This document shows, in pieces, positions 1-9,782 of a DNA stretch of 32,672 bases. Both the position numbers and the translations under genes were made by a program. Position 1 is the first letter of the stretch; each line of letters opens with the position of its first letter. Under the pieces are notes generated by a model. The model was given only the letters and a program-made list of their open reading frames with translations, ran no database searches and was not told where the DNA came from. This stretch comes from an uncultured archaeon (GTDB taxonomy: Archaea > Asgardarchaeota > Lokiarchaeia > Sigyniarchaeales > SOKP01): contig CAZBPC010000031.1 in NCBI GenBank assembly GCA_964493715.1, positions 1 through 32,672 of the forward strand, written 5' to 3'.

Positions 1-881
1 ACTATTCCTTTGAAAATTCCACTTTTATAATAATATTCATGAAGATTTAAACATAGAGCCTTCACGACTTCTTCTCTCCAATCAGATTCGATAGTAATAG
101 CTTGAACATTAGATTTGATTGGTAGGGTAATGCGAACAACTTTTACTTCTTCCTCAAAAGCTTTGCACTTTTCTAATAGTGTTCCATTTTCATTCATTAT
201 GAAACTTTGTCCATCATATACGATTTCATCCAAAGCACCCACCATATTCACATAAATGATTGGTACGTGAAGAGAAATCGCTTTCTTCTTTACAAGATCC
301 ATCCTTATTTTTAGTTTGCCAATGTGATACGGAGATGCATTTATCACGATCAACAATTCTGCTCCATTATTAACCAAAGCCTTTGCCACTTTCATATTAT
401 AATGTTCATCCCAAATATCTTCACATATTAAAATTCCGCATTTGTAACCTTTTAAAGAAATTTGATTAAATTGAGTATCAAAAGAAAAATATCTACGCTC
501 ATCAAAGATATCATAATTTGGTAGTAGACGTTTATTAATGATGGTCTTGATCTGATTATCTTCAATGATCACTGCTGAATTATAAAAAGGCTGAATCGAA
601 TCTTTAAGGTGATCGGGTTCGGTAAAAGTTCCAATAATAAGAGATGAATGGGTTTTAATTTTCAATAAAGATTCCAAAGCTTCTTTATTCTCTTTTTTAA
701 TTAAAGGGTCATATATGTGATCCATAAGTGGATAACCTACTAATGACATCTCAGGAAAAATAATAATATCTGCTCTTGAATTGTCATCAATAATTTTTTT
801 CATCTTGTTAAAATTGAAATCTATGTTGCCTACGTAAGGATTAATTTGTGCCATTACAATATTTAGTGAATCTCGATTCAA
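1..881 (-). CDS. nadE: Glutamine-dependent NAD+ synthetase, N-terminal nitrilase/glutaminase domain (3' part runs off the window)
   Basis: Not in the ORF track. Manual translation from TTG at 881 gives MNRDSLNIVMAQINPYVGNIDFN...IIIFPEMSLVGYPLMD...INKRLLPNYDIFDERRYF...GILICEDIW...VINASPYHIGK...YVNMVGALDEIVYDGQSF. This has the E-K-C nitrilase triad and the LPNYxxFDExRYF motif typical of Gln-dependent NadE. The synthetase domain would lie outside the window. Confidence 0.88.
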   Translation of the reverse strand, partial: MNRDSLNIVMAQINPYVGNIDFNFNKMKKIIDDNSRADIIIFPEMSLVGYPLMDHIYDPLIKKENKEALESLLKIKTHSSLIIGTFTEPDHLKDSIQPFYNSAVIIEDNQIKTIINKRLLPNYDIFDERRYFSFDTQFNQISLKGYKCGILICEDIWDEHYNMKVAKALVNNGAELLIVINASPYHIGKLKIRMDLVKKKAISLHVPIIYVNMVGALDEIVYDGQSFIMNENGTLLEKCKAFEEEVKVVRITLPIKSNVQAITIESDWREEVVKALCLNLHEYYYKSGIFKGI

Positions 882-1048
882 TTTTTAAGCATCTTCTTTG
901 TTTTTTCTGTTTCTAATGATAATTAATCTGAAACCAAATTAATAATTTATAATTTTAACGTATAAAATCAATTAATGATTTTTATCCTTTAACTTGTGAA
1001 AAAAGTAGTATACTATTTTTGTTCTAAATTACCATCTTAAAACTAATA

Positions 1049-2896
1049 TTGAATGATGAATTTATGCAAAATGAAACAAGTCTAATAGAATTCTCTCCAG
1101 AGAAGGATCCATTTAGGAATTCTCGGAAAAAAAGTTCTCGCAGATGGATTCTTGCTCACATTTTCCATGATACTAATAAAATCTTCATCTTTATTGTCTT
1201 ATTTACTACAATTTTAACTGCTAATTTAGCAACTATCATTTTCGTTTTTATTGGTAATGCAATAACGGCTATCTTAAATCTAAACATCCCCATTTTTATG
1301 AACATTTTCATAATTATAATAATTTTGAGTTTTACAAACCCTGGAATGAGATTGGCAAATTTTATGCTCAGAGAAGTCATTGCTCAACGCATGGAAAGAG
1401 ATACAAGAAAGGAGTTTTTCATAAATCTATTAGGTAAGAGTCAATCATTCCACGATCAACAAAAAATTGGAGAATTAATGGCACGAGCAACGGATGATGT
1501 ACGTACTTTGAATTACTTTATTAGTCCTGCAGTTTCATTAATATTAGAATCATTCACCGATTTGGTCGTTCCGGTTATTTATATTGCAATTTTTTATCCC
1601 GTTCAATTGATAATTGAACCAATAATTTTTGTAATTTTATTCTTAATTGCGTTAAGATCTTATATAAACAAAATTGGACCTATATCATTTGATTTGAGAA
1701 TGAATTTTGGATTGATGGACGCCACATTAAATGAATCTCTTACAGGTATTGAAGTAGTTAAAGGAACTGCTCAAGAAGATAGGGAAATAAGAAAATATCT
1801 CTATAATATTCAGAAGTATAAAGATGCATTTGTCAAACAAGGTATCGTTCAAGCTAAATATCTCCCGATTCTTTTATTAGCTCTAATTATTACAATAGCT
1901 TTTGGACACAGCGTTTTATTATTTTATTTAGGGTTAATGAATATTGGACAGATTATTGCATATTTAGGGATTTTGAACCTCCTATATTTTCCAACGAATA
2001 TTTCAATTTTTGTGTTTGCTATCATACGTCTTGCAGGTGCAAGTGCAAAACGAATTCTTGAATATATGAATATGGAAACAAAGATCGATGAAAATATAAA
2101 CGGAGTCATAAAAAAAATCCAAGGTCAGATCCTTTTTGAAAATGTATCCTTTAAATATCCAAACAGTAAAAATTTCGTTCTAAAAAATTTAAACTTTGAA
2201 ATACAACCAGGAAAGACCGTAGCCATCGTCGGTACAACAGGTGCGGGAAAAACTACTTTAACAAAATTAATTACAAGACTATATGATGTTTCAGAGGGTC
2301 GAATTTTAATCGATGGAATAGATGTAAGGGATTATGCATTAAAATCTCTCCGTAGTCAAATTTCATTTATTGAGCAAGATGTATTTTTATTTTCATCGAG
2401 CATTTTTGATAATATAACTTTTGGGCGAATTGGATCATTGGATGAAGTAATTGAAGTTGCAAAGCAAGCCCAAGCTCATGAATTTATAAGTGAATTACCC
2501 GATGAGTATTATTCTGAAATTGGAGAAAGGGGCGTCCAACTCAGTGGTGGAGAACGACAACGCATTGCTATTGCTCGAGCTTTCTTATCTGATCCACCGG
2601 TCTTAATATTAGATGATTCTACATCTGCAATTGATTCGAAGACGGAAGATCAAATCCAATTTGCCATTCGTAATATTTTAAGGAATAGAACTACTTTTTT
2701 AATAACCCACCGTTTAAGCCAGATACGTTGGGCTGATCTAATTCTCGTATTACAAAACGGAGAACTCATTGCTATGGGCACTCATGAGGATTTATTATGC
2801 AATTCTGAGGAATATAGAAAGATCTTTATCAAGAAATTTGACCTTGAGGAACAAAAATTGATAAAAGGAGGTTTGGAAGAATGTTTATCGGATTAG
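1049..2896 (+). CDS. ABC exporter half-transporter (TMD + NBD), subunit 1 of a heterodimer
   Basis: Hydrophobic N-terminal TMD; Walker A GTTGAGKT, signature LSGGERQR, degenerate Walker B LILDDS, H-loop ITHR. Start may be ATG 1064. Confidence 0.93.
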   Translation: MNDEFMQNETSLIEFSPEKDPFRNSRKKSSRRWILAHIFHDTNKIFIFIVLFTTILTANLATIIFVFIGNAITAILNLNIPIFMNIFIIIIILSFTNPGMRLANFMLREVIAQRMERDTRKEFFINLLGKSQSFHDQQKIGELMARATDDVRTLNYFISPAVSLILESFTDLVVPVIYIAIFYPVQLIIEPIIFVILFLIALRSYINKIGPISFDLRMNFGLMDATLNESLTGIEVVKGTAQEDREIRKYLYNIQKYKDAFVKQGIVQAKYLPILLLALIITIAFGHSVLLFYLGLMNIGQIIAYLGILNLLYFPTNISIFVFAIIRLAGASAKRILEYMNMETKIDENINGVIKKIQGQILFENVSFKYPNSKNFVLKNLNFEIQPGKTVAIVGTTGAGKTTLTKLITRLYDVSEGRILIDGIDVRDYALKSLRSQISFIEQDVFLFSSSIFDNITFGRIGSLDEVIEVAKQAQAHEFISELPDEYYSEIGERGVQLSGGERQRIAIARAFLSDPPVLILDDSTSAIDSKTEDQIQFAIRNILRNRTTFLITHRLSQIRWADLILVLQNGELIAMGTHEDLLCNSEEYRKIFIKKFDLEEQKLIKGGLEECLSD

Positions 2897-4686
2897 AAGC
2901 TGAAGAATACGATCGTGTCTATAGTACCTCGACATTAATTCGTCGCATTTTTTCCTATTTTTCACCCTATAAGAAACAGATGATACTGGTTATCACATTT
3001 CTCATTATTTCTTCATTAACAAGCGCAATTGAACCGGTTATAATTTCAATAGCGATAAATATGGTAATTTCTTCAGTTGATTTCACTATCATAATCTTTC
3101 TGATAATAATTATATTCATTTTAACTGGATCTAGTTGGATTTTTAACTATATTCGACAAAAATATTCTGCTCGAGTAATAGGAAGTGTCATATATGATAT
3201 TAGAAAGAATGCTCAAAATTCAGTGTTGAATCTCGATCTTTCCTTTTTTGATAAAAATCCTACGGGGAAAATTGTCAGTCGTATTAATACCGACAGTAAT
3301 GATTTTGGAGATACCGTGGATTTATCCATACAAGTAATTTCCTCAGTAGTTGTATTAATTATTCTGATAATCATTGTTTCCCTTGTTAATTTCATTTTAA
3401 CTCTCATTTTATTGAGTGCCATACCCCTATTCTTTTTAGGAACTCTTTTATTTACCAAGTTTGCTCGAAAAATGACGTTATTAGGTCAGAGAGCTTTAGC
3501 TTCGGTTAACTCTATTATTAAGGAAAGCTTCTCAGGTATTCAAATAGCAAAAACATTCAGGCAAGAATCCAAATTATATGAAAAGTTTAATAAAGTGAAT
3601 AAACAAGCTTATAGTGTGAATCTTAGAAGGGCATTCACGTTAAATGCAATCTTTCCTTCATTAAATTTAATTCAAGGTGTTGTTCTTATCTTGTTACTGT
3701 ACTTTGGAGGAAATTATGTAATTACAGGCGCTATAAATATTGGTGAGTTTAACCTGTTTATCCAGAGTTTGAACTTAATATTCTTTCCTTTATTAACTAT
3801 AGCATCTTTTTGGCCTCAATTTCAATCAGGCCTTTCAGCATCCGAACGAATTTTTGCTTTAATAGACACTCAGCCAGTTGTTGTTCAAAAAAATGACATT
3901 AAATCCGGAAAATTAAAGGGTAAGGTTGAAATACAAAATCTAATATTCCAGTATGATAAAAATAAGAATGTTTTCGAAAATTTTTCTTTAAAGATCGAAC
4001 CTGGAGAATCAGTAGCCATTGTAGGCCATACTGGAGCGGGTAAATCCAGTCTAGCCAAACTTTTAGCGCGATTTTATGAATATCAAGGAGGAGAGATATT
4101 AATAGACGGAACAAGCATTAGGGATTATAATCTCAAGGAATACCGTAGGCAAATTGGCTTGATATCTCAAACTCCCTTTTTATGGGCAGATACTGTTGAG
4201 AATAATATTAAATATTCCAATGAATCCGCTTCTAGAGATGATGTTAAGCAAGCTTTGGAAGTTAGTGGAGGTTATGAATGGATTGAAAATCTTCCTGAAG
4301 GATTAGATACCGACGTGAGAGAACGCGGTAATTTATTATCAATGGGACAACGCCAATTGGTGGTATTTGCTCGAGTGTTGTTAGAAAACCCATCCATACT
4401 TATTTTAGATGAAGCCACAGCTTCAATAGACCCCTTTACTGAAACTAAAATTCAAGACGCTTTAGAAAAGACGATTGAAAATCGCACTTCAATCATTATT
4501 GCTCATCGCTTATGGACCGTTAGGCACGTTGATAGAATCGTCGTTTTGGATCACGGTACAATAGTAGAAGAAGGAGATCACGATGAATTAATGAAACTTG
4601 GCGGTTATTACGCTAACCTTTATACCGTGTACTTTAGGCACCAGTCTCTTCAATACATTGAGGATATGGGAAAATCTAAAGTGTAA
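2881..4686 (+). CDS. ABC exporter half-transporter (TMD + NBD), subunit 2 of a heterodimer
   Basis: Walker A GHTGAGKS, degenerate signature LSMGQRQ, Walker B LILDEA, IAHR. Overlaps the upstream gene by 16 nt and has a GGAGG SD. The asymmetric motifs fit TM287/288-type heterodimers. Confidence 0.93.
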   Translation: MFIGLEAEEYDRVYSTSTLIRRIFSYFSPYKKQMILVITFLIISSLTSAIEPVIISIAINMVISSVDFTIIIFLIIIIFILTGSSWIFNYIRQKYSARVIGSVIYDIRKNAQNSVLNLDLSFFDKNPTGKIVSRINTDSNDFGDTVDLSIQVISSVVVLIILIIIVSLVNFILTLILLSAIPLFFLGTLLFTKFARKMTLLGQRALASVNSIIKESFSGIQIAKTFRQESKLYEKFNKVNKQAYSVNLRRAFTLNAIFPSLNLIQGVVLILLLYFGGNYVITGAINIGEFNLFIQSLNLIFFPLLTIASFWPQFQSGLSASERIFALIDTQPVVVQKNDIKSGKLKGKVEIQNLIFQYDKNKNVFENFSLKIEPGESVAIVGHTGAGKSSLAKLLARFYEYQGGEILIDGTSIRDYNLKEYRRQIGLISQTPFLWADTVENNIKYSNESASRDDVKQALEVSGGYEWIENLPEGLDTDVRERGNLLSMGQRQLVVFARVLLENPSILILDEATASIDPFTETKIQDALEKTIENRTSIIIAHRLWTVRHVDRIVVLDHGTIVEEGDHDELMKLGGYYANLYTVYFRHQSLQYIEDMGKSKV

Positions 4687-4750
4687 TTGTTGGTGTTATC
4701 AAAGAAAGAGATTAAAAAAATTAATTTAATATTTGATATTAAAACTCATT

Positions 4751-5710
4751 ATGGCTTTAAATTTAAATATTAATTCTCTAAGATTTGAAAGTCTCACTGA
4801 GAACAATCTAAATAATGTACACTCGATGTGTCAGAACAATGCAACATTCGTTTCTCATTCCTTGAAAACATTCGAAAACGCAACACTGAATAGTAAATAC
4901 TTCATCCCAGAATTTAGTATAGTAGCTTTGAATAAGAATGATGAAATTATCGCATTTTTTATGGTTGCAATGAAAAAACCATACATCTTTCGGAAAATGA
5001 GGGATATTGCCACTTTAAAGTTCTTCATTGTCCATAAAGAATGGCGTCTTAAGGGAATTGGGACCTATTTATACAACTTGCTTTTAGACCGAGTTAAAAA
5101 TTCAAAATACAAATGCTATAGAATGAAATTGGATGTCATGGTCTCCATACCTGATTATTGGTTTCCTGGATTAGATCCAAGACATACCGAAGCTCTTTTT
5201 TTCCTGAAAAAGCACGGATTCAAAAAAAAGCATGAAAGAATCAACTTATGCGTGGATTTAGAACACTTCCCGGATGTTGAACCTCCATCGGAACTCAGTG
5301 ATTATAAGATTAGTAGAATTGTTGATAAAGATAAGAATGAACTAGTTCCTCTCTCGTTCATGCCTAAAGTATATCAAATGATCTCCTGGCCACAAGAAGT
5401 TGCATCCTCTTTTCAAAATGATCCTAAAACAACTTTCATTGCTCAAGATATAAGGAATGGCAAAATTTTAGGATTTGCTACCCACTCAGTAGGATTTCCA
5501 GGAGCTTTTGGCCCAACAGGCGTAAATAAAAACATACGAGGACTAGGACTTGGATCTCTGCTGCTTAAGTGGTGTTTGTGGGATCTGAAACAAATGGGCT
5601 TCCAACAGTGCATCATAAGATATGTGAGTGAAAATACGGCATATTTCTATTTGAAAAGTGTTGGAGCAAAAATTTGTGAAATCTATTGGACCATGGAACG
5701 AAGAATTTAA
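4751..5710 (+). CDS. Tandem-domain GNAT family N-acetyltransferase
   Basis: Two acetyl-CoA-binding motif A copies (VHKEWRLKGIGT; GPTGVNKNIRGLGLG) and a C-terminal FYLKSVG. ATG 4751 preferred over TTG 4733. Confidence 0.82.
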   Translation: MALNLNINSLRFESLTENNLNNVHSMCQNNATFVSHSLKTFENATLNSKYFIPEFSIVALNKNDEIIAFFMVAMKKPYIFRKMRDIATLKFFIVHKEWRLKGIGTYLYNLLLDRVKNSKYKCYRMKLDVMVSIPDYWFPGLDPRHTEALFFLKKHGFKKKHERINLCVDLEHFPDVEPPSELSDYKISRIVDKDKNELVPLSFMPKVYQMISWPQEVASSFQNDPKTTFIAQDIRNGKILGFATHSVGFPGAFGPTGVNKNIRGLGLGSLLLKWCLWDLKQMGFQQCIIRYVSENTAYFYLKSVGAKICEIYWTMERRI

Positions 5711-5742
5711 AAATATGACAAAAAGAATAATAAAAAACTGAG

Positions 5743-7101
5743 TTATAATCTATTTATATACCTATTTCTCTCCCATTCACTTACAACGAGTCGGTATGCA
5801 TCGTTTTCCTCTAGTTTGGCATAATAGAAATTTTTGAACGGTTCTTCGCCAAAGATTTCTTTCATGAATTCAGAATCGTAAAATTCGTTTAATGCCTCGC
5901 TTAAACTCCCTGGAAGAGAATTAATGCCTTCTTTTATCATTTCTTTAGTAGAGAGGTGGTATACATTTCTATCCGTGGGTTCGGGTATCTCAATGTCATC
6001 GGAAAGAACTCCATCCAACCCCGTTTGTAAGAGTACAGCAAATTGAAGATATGGGTTTCCTGCTGGATCCGGGCATCTTATTTCACATCTCGCAGCGGAT
6101 GATTTTCCATGAAAGTCTGGGACCCTGATTAATGGAGATCGGTTTCTAAAACCCCACGCAATATAAACCGGTGCTTCAAATCCAGGTACTAAACGCTTAT
6201 AAGAGTTAGGCCAACCACTTAAAACTGCACACATTGCCTTGGCATGTTTTAGCTGACCAGCAATCCATTTTTTCATCGTATAGGAAATATAAGGTTCGGA
6301 AGACTCATCATAAAACACGTTTTTACCGTCCTTCCAAAGGCTTTGGTGACAATGCATTCCAGATCCATTTATTCCATCAAATGGCTTAGGCATGAAAGTT
6401 GCGGTCATGTTATTTTGAGCTGCGACAGTTTTTATTATTGTTTTAATTGTTATTGTATTATCAGCCGAATTTACGGCTTCATCATACCTAAAATCGACTT
6501 CATGTTGGCCATAAGCAACTTCATGGTGTAACGCTTCGATTTGAATTCCCATCGCGTCGCAATATTGAGCAATACTGTAACGCATTCGTTCATTAATATC
6601 GTAAGGATCATAATCAAAATAACCCCTCATATCTGAAGGTTTGAATGCAGCTTGTCCAGTTTCTTGATCTAAAATGAAAAATTCCATTTCTGGAGCACAG
6701 AAATACTTAAATCCATGGTCTTCAGCTCTTTTCACCGCCTTTTGGAGAATATATCGGGGATCTCCTTCATATCGATCTCCATCAGGTTTATAGATATCGC
6801 ATATGACTCGAGCAACTCGATTATTATTTGTTCGCCATGGTAGCATATAAAACGTGCTGGGGTCCGGTAAAGCAACTTTATCTGACTCCTCAATAGCTCC
6901 ATATCCCGTTATTGAACTTCCATCAAAATTTTCACCATCCTCAAAAAAATCTTCTATCCTTTTCGCATTAATCTCAAAGGACTTAATAATTCCATGGATA
7001 TCAGTAAATTGGAGATAAATGAATTTAATGTCGTTTTCTTTTACCTTCTCTATTACCGCTTCACATAAATCCTTTCTCTTAGGATCGCTTTTTCTAATCA
7101 T
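5743..7101 (-). CDS. glnA: Glutamine synthetase type I
   Basis: FDGSSI, HHEVAYGQHE, FMPKPFDGINGSGMHCHQSL, NSYKRLVPGFEAP, NRSPLIRVP, EIRCPDPAGNPY. Confidence 0.97.
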   Translation of the reverse strand: MIRKSDPKRKDLCEAVIEKVKENDIKFIYLQFTDIHGIIKSFEINAKRIEDFFEDGENFDGSSITGYGAIEESDKVALPDPSTFYMLPWRTNNNRVARVICDIYKPDGDRYEGDPRYILQKAVKRAEDHGFKYFCAPEMEFFILDQETGQAAFKPSDMRGYFDYDPYDINERMRYSIAQYCDAMGIQIEALHHEVAYGQHEVDFRYDEAVNSADNTITIKTIIKTVAAQNNMTATFMPKPFDGINGSGMHCHQSLWKDGKNVFYDESSEPYISYTMKKWIAGQLKHAKAMCAVLSGWPNSYKRLVPGFEAPVYIAWGFRNRSPLIRVPDFHGKSSAARCEIRCPDPAGNPYLQFAVLLQTGLDGVLSDDIEIPEPTDRNVYHLSTKEMIKEGINSLPGSLSEALNEFYDSEFMKEIFGEEPFKNFYYAKLEENDAYRLVVSEWERNRYINRL

Positions 7102-7281
7102 GATAACTCATTATTTTGATTTTTATAATTTAATAAGGGAAATTCAATTTAAAAATCTTGTCATTTATCATGAAATAAATTATATTTTTGTGATATTTTC
7201 GCGAAAAATTTTTAAGGTAGATCATGCATATTATATACAATATTAAAAATTATGTATATGTTAATAAAAGGTTGAAAATGA

Positions 7282-7599
7282 ATGATGTTAACGTGTTCAA
7301 TTTGCGGAAGATTCTATGCGTATGAAAGCAAGATCTGCAAGCAGTGTGAAGATTATGCTGTCCGTAGCGGACTAGTAAAGAATGCTGTATCTCTTAACAA
7401 TTTTCTTGTTTCTAATAATTTTAGTCGGTTTGGGAAGGTAGAACATCATGATTTACGGATAATCCAGCCCCCGTTGTACGAATGGAATTGTAACGTGAGA
7501 GATAATATTCCAAAACTTAAAGAGAAAGGGCTAGATTTTATGAGCATATTAAAATTTCCACCAGAAAGCAAAATATACTTATCCCCTTATTTCGAGTAA
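7282..7599 (+). CDS. Hypothetical protein with N-terminal CxxC...CxxC zinc-ribbon-like motif
   Basis: CSIC-x10-CKQC; GGTTGA SD-like motif and AT-rich promoter region upstream. Confidence 0.6.
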   Translation: MMLTCSICGRFYAYESKICKQCEDYAVRSGLVKNAVSLNNFLVSNNFSRFGKVEHHDLRIIQPPLYEWNCNVRDNIPKLKEKGLDFMSILKFPPESKIYLSPYFE

Positions 7600-7797
7600 A
7601 CTATGGAAAACTTATGAAGCAAATCTTCTTGAACGATACATTTTATCATTCAATTTCTTTTTTCTCATTTCATTATCATCGAGTATGAAGCGAAAACCTT
7701 CTTTTGCTGTCTCAAAACCTAAGGAAGGTACGTCGTTGTATTAGTAATTAAAAAAAATGAGTTAAGAATTAGGTGAAGTAGTACAGATTGACTCAAT

Positions 7798-8121
7798 TCA
7801 ATCAGGAGCTTGCATTCCAAGCATATTAAACGCTTCGGGAAAATCAAAATACACGTCAATCGTGTATTCAAATCCCTCAACATCGTGAAACATGACCATG
7901 GCATCTTGCTGACGAAGAAGTGCCTTATTCATCATTCCTTCCTTCACTTGGCTGATGGATATGCTTTTTGACTTGTTTCCTTCCACCTTGAGTACTCCTT
8001 GGATGAGCTCCTTTGTTAAAGTCTTATCATTGGGAAATTTCTGTCTCACTTTTGCGTAAATTTCTACAACTTGCTTCCCTTTGGCGAGGGGAGTCCAAGT
8101 TGTCACTACTATATAGGGCAT
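7798..8121 (-). CDS. Hypothetical protein (107 aa, alternating beta/alpha pattern)
   Basis: Clean ATG-started ORF with protein-like composition; no family motif recognised with certainty. Confidence 0.75.
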   Translation of the reverse strand: MPYIVVTTWTPLAKGKQVVEIYAKVRQKFPNDKTLTKELIQGVLKVEGNKSKSISISQVKEGMMNKALLRQQDAMVMFHDVEGFEYTIDVYFDFPEAFNMLGMQAPD

Positions 8122-8210
8122 ATTTTTTTTCTACCTTGTAGGATTTCGAAAGTGTATTGATGTACTTTTTTGTACAAATTATGATTAAGATGAGAGAGTA
8201 ATTAAATCTG

Positions 8211-8357
8211 TTGATTTTTTTGAAAGGCCATAATTTTGATGTCTTTACGCTAAAGGATGATATATCTATTGTAGGTTGCGAATTATGTCAATTTGGAGTG
8301 CAATGTACTGATAAAAATCCTATGGCATCTCAATACGTGGATTTCTTCTCATATTAA
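8211..8357 (+). pseudogene. Probable remnant: C-terminal fragment of a QueG-like 4Fe-4S protein
   Basis: Manual translation LIFLKGHNFDVFTLKDDISIVGCELCQFGVQCTDKNPMASQYVDFFSY*. GCxxCQxGVxC..xNP resembles the end of epoxyqueuosine-reductase-like proteins. In-frame TAA at 8199-8201 immediately upstream. Confidence 0.45.
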
Positions 8358-8490
8358 CATCTTTAATATGCCATCTGACAACAAAGATTACAAAGGATAT
8401 AATAAGAAAATTCAAACCACACATTTTTATTTATTGAATTTATAATAAAATTACTCAAATTTGAATAATGAATTAGTGGGATATTTAATT

Positions 8491-8766
8491 ATGAGTTATT
8501 GCCCGAATTGTGGTGCTGAAAGAGGATATTATGCAAAAATATGCGAATTTTGTGGATATTCCTTTGATGTAATAGATGATCTCGAAGATAAAGATATAAA
8601 AATTAACCAGTTAGAACATAAACTTCATCAACTTGAGAATAGTGGTAATATTAAATCAACAACAGCAGATAATTCTCAGTTTAAATATTTTTGGATAATT
8701 GCCGGTCTTATGATTATCGGATTTTTTTCATTTATCTTTTTCTTCGTGTACATGGCTAGTAATTAG
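8491..8766 (+). CDS. Zinc-ribbon, coiled-coil, C-terminal transmembrane protein
   Basis: MSYCPNCG...CEFCGY, heptad segment KINQLEHKLHQLE, hydrophobic C-terminal helix. ATG 8491 preferred. Confidence 0.8.
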   Translation: MSYCPNCGAERGYYAKICEFCGYSFDVIDDLEDKDIKINQLEHKLHQLENSGNIKSTTADNSQFKYFWIIAGLMIIGFFSFIFFFVYMASN

Positions 8767-8838
8767 CCCAAAAATCATGTAAATAATAAGGTTTTAAACA
8801 AGTTAGAAGGATAAAATATAATCCTTTAACTTTGAAGT

Positions 8839-9204
8839 TTATTTTGCATCAGGATCTCGCTGCATTATTCCAGTAATCAGACCTTCTGTATCCTTGAAAT
8901 ATGCCATCCATCCGACACCTGGAACAGCATGTTTCGGATTAACGATCATCCCTCCATTTTTTTCGATTTTATCAATTATATTATCGATTTCATTTACATC
9001 TATAGTGTTTACGACATTGGGTGCTTCATCTTCAACCTTTCCCATTCCTCCATCAATACCAGGTTCTTTTTCATCACCCGTCATGATAAGCCAATATTCC
9101 ATGGGTCCTTCCCATTTCTCAATTTTCCAATTAAACACTTTTTCATAAAATTTCTTGGTTTTTTCCACATCTTTCACATTTAACTCAAAATGTACAATTC
9201 TCAT
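8839..9204 (-). CDS. VOC (glyoxalase/bleomycin resistance) family protein
   Basis: IVHFEL..D..KFYEKVFNW...GGMIV.PK.AVPGVGWMAYFKDTEG pattern. Confidence 0.92.
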   Translation of the reverse strand: MRIVHFELNVKDVEKTKKFYEKVFNWKIEKWEGPMEYWLIMTGDEKEPGIDGGMGKVEDEAPNVVNTIDVNEIDNIIDKIEKNGGMIVNPKHAVPGVGWMAYFKDTEGLITGIMQRDPDAK

Positions 9205-9344
9205 AAAATCACCTTTAATATTAATGTTAATTTAAGTTCAAAATGGTATATTAAATTTTATCCTCATGAAATAAATTATTTTTTCAATTATTCATTGAGT
9301 ATTATTAATTATGCTATTGAATCATAAAGGCGAGTTTTTTGAAA

Positions 9345-9734
9345 ATGAAGGAAATTATTGAAGAAATATATGAAAGGATGCCATATTACTCTACAATTGG
9401 CATGAACGTTAAAGAGATTGCTAATGGAAAAGCAATAATAGAACTTATAATGAGAAAAGAATTATCCCAAAATGGAATGATTCACGGTGGCGTTCTAGCC
9501 TCGATGATTGACGCGTCTTGTGCTTGTGCTGCTTTTTCAACCACTAACTTTGTAGGATTTGTCACAACTATCGACTTGCAAGTATCTTATTTGAAACCCG
9601 TATCAAAAGGTACGATCATTGCAAAAGCAGAGTGTTTAAGAGCGGGTAAAAACGTATTATTTTGCGAATCGAAAATTAGAAATGAAGAAGGGGAGTTAGT
9701 ATGCGTTGGTACCTCCCAGTTATTAAGAATCTAA
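9345..9734 (+). CDS. PaaI family hotdog-fold thioesterase
   Basis: QNGMIHGGVLASMID...TTIDLQVSYLKPV motif. Confidence 0.92.
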   Translation: MKEIIEEIYERMPYYSTIGMNVKEIANGKAIIELIMRKELSQNGMIHGGVLASMIDASCACAAFSTTNFVGFVTTIDLQVSYLKPVSKGTIIAKAECLRAGKNVLFCESKIRNEEGELVCVGTSQLLRI

Positions 9735-9782
9735 CTCTAATAAATAAATATTTCAACATCTTGAGTAATTTCGTCAATAATT

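Noticed and set aside
964-1020. Palindromes AAAATCA-N5-TGATTTT and TAGTATACTA in the nadE/ABC divergent promoter
   Set aside because: Almost all A/T and expected by chance at this base composition
7019-7246. 75-aa plus-strand ORF
   Set aside because: Overlaps the glnA start and its AT-rich promoter; composition is not convincing
7612-7740. Start-less minus-strand frame YNDVPSLGFETAKEGFRFILDDNEMRKKKLNDKMYRSRRFAS*
   Set aside because: Protein-like, but it has no start at its 5' end and no recognisable motif, so a pseudogene call cannot be supported
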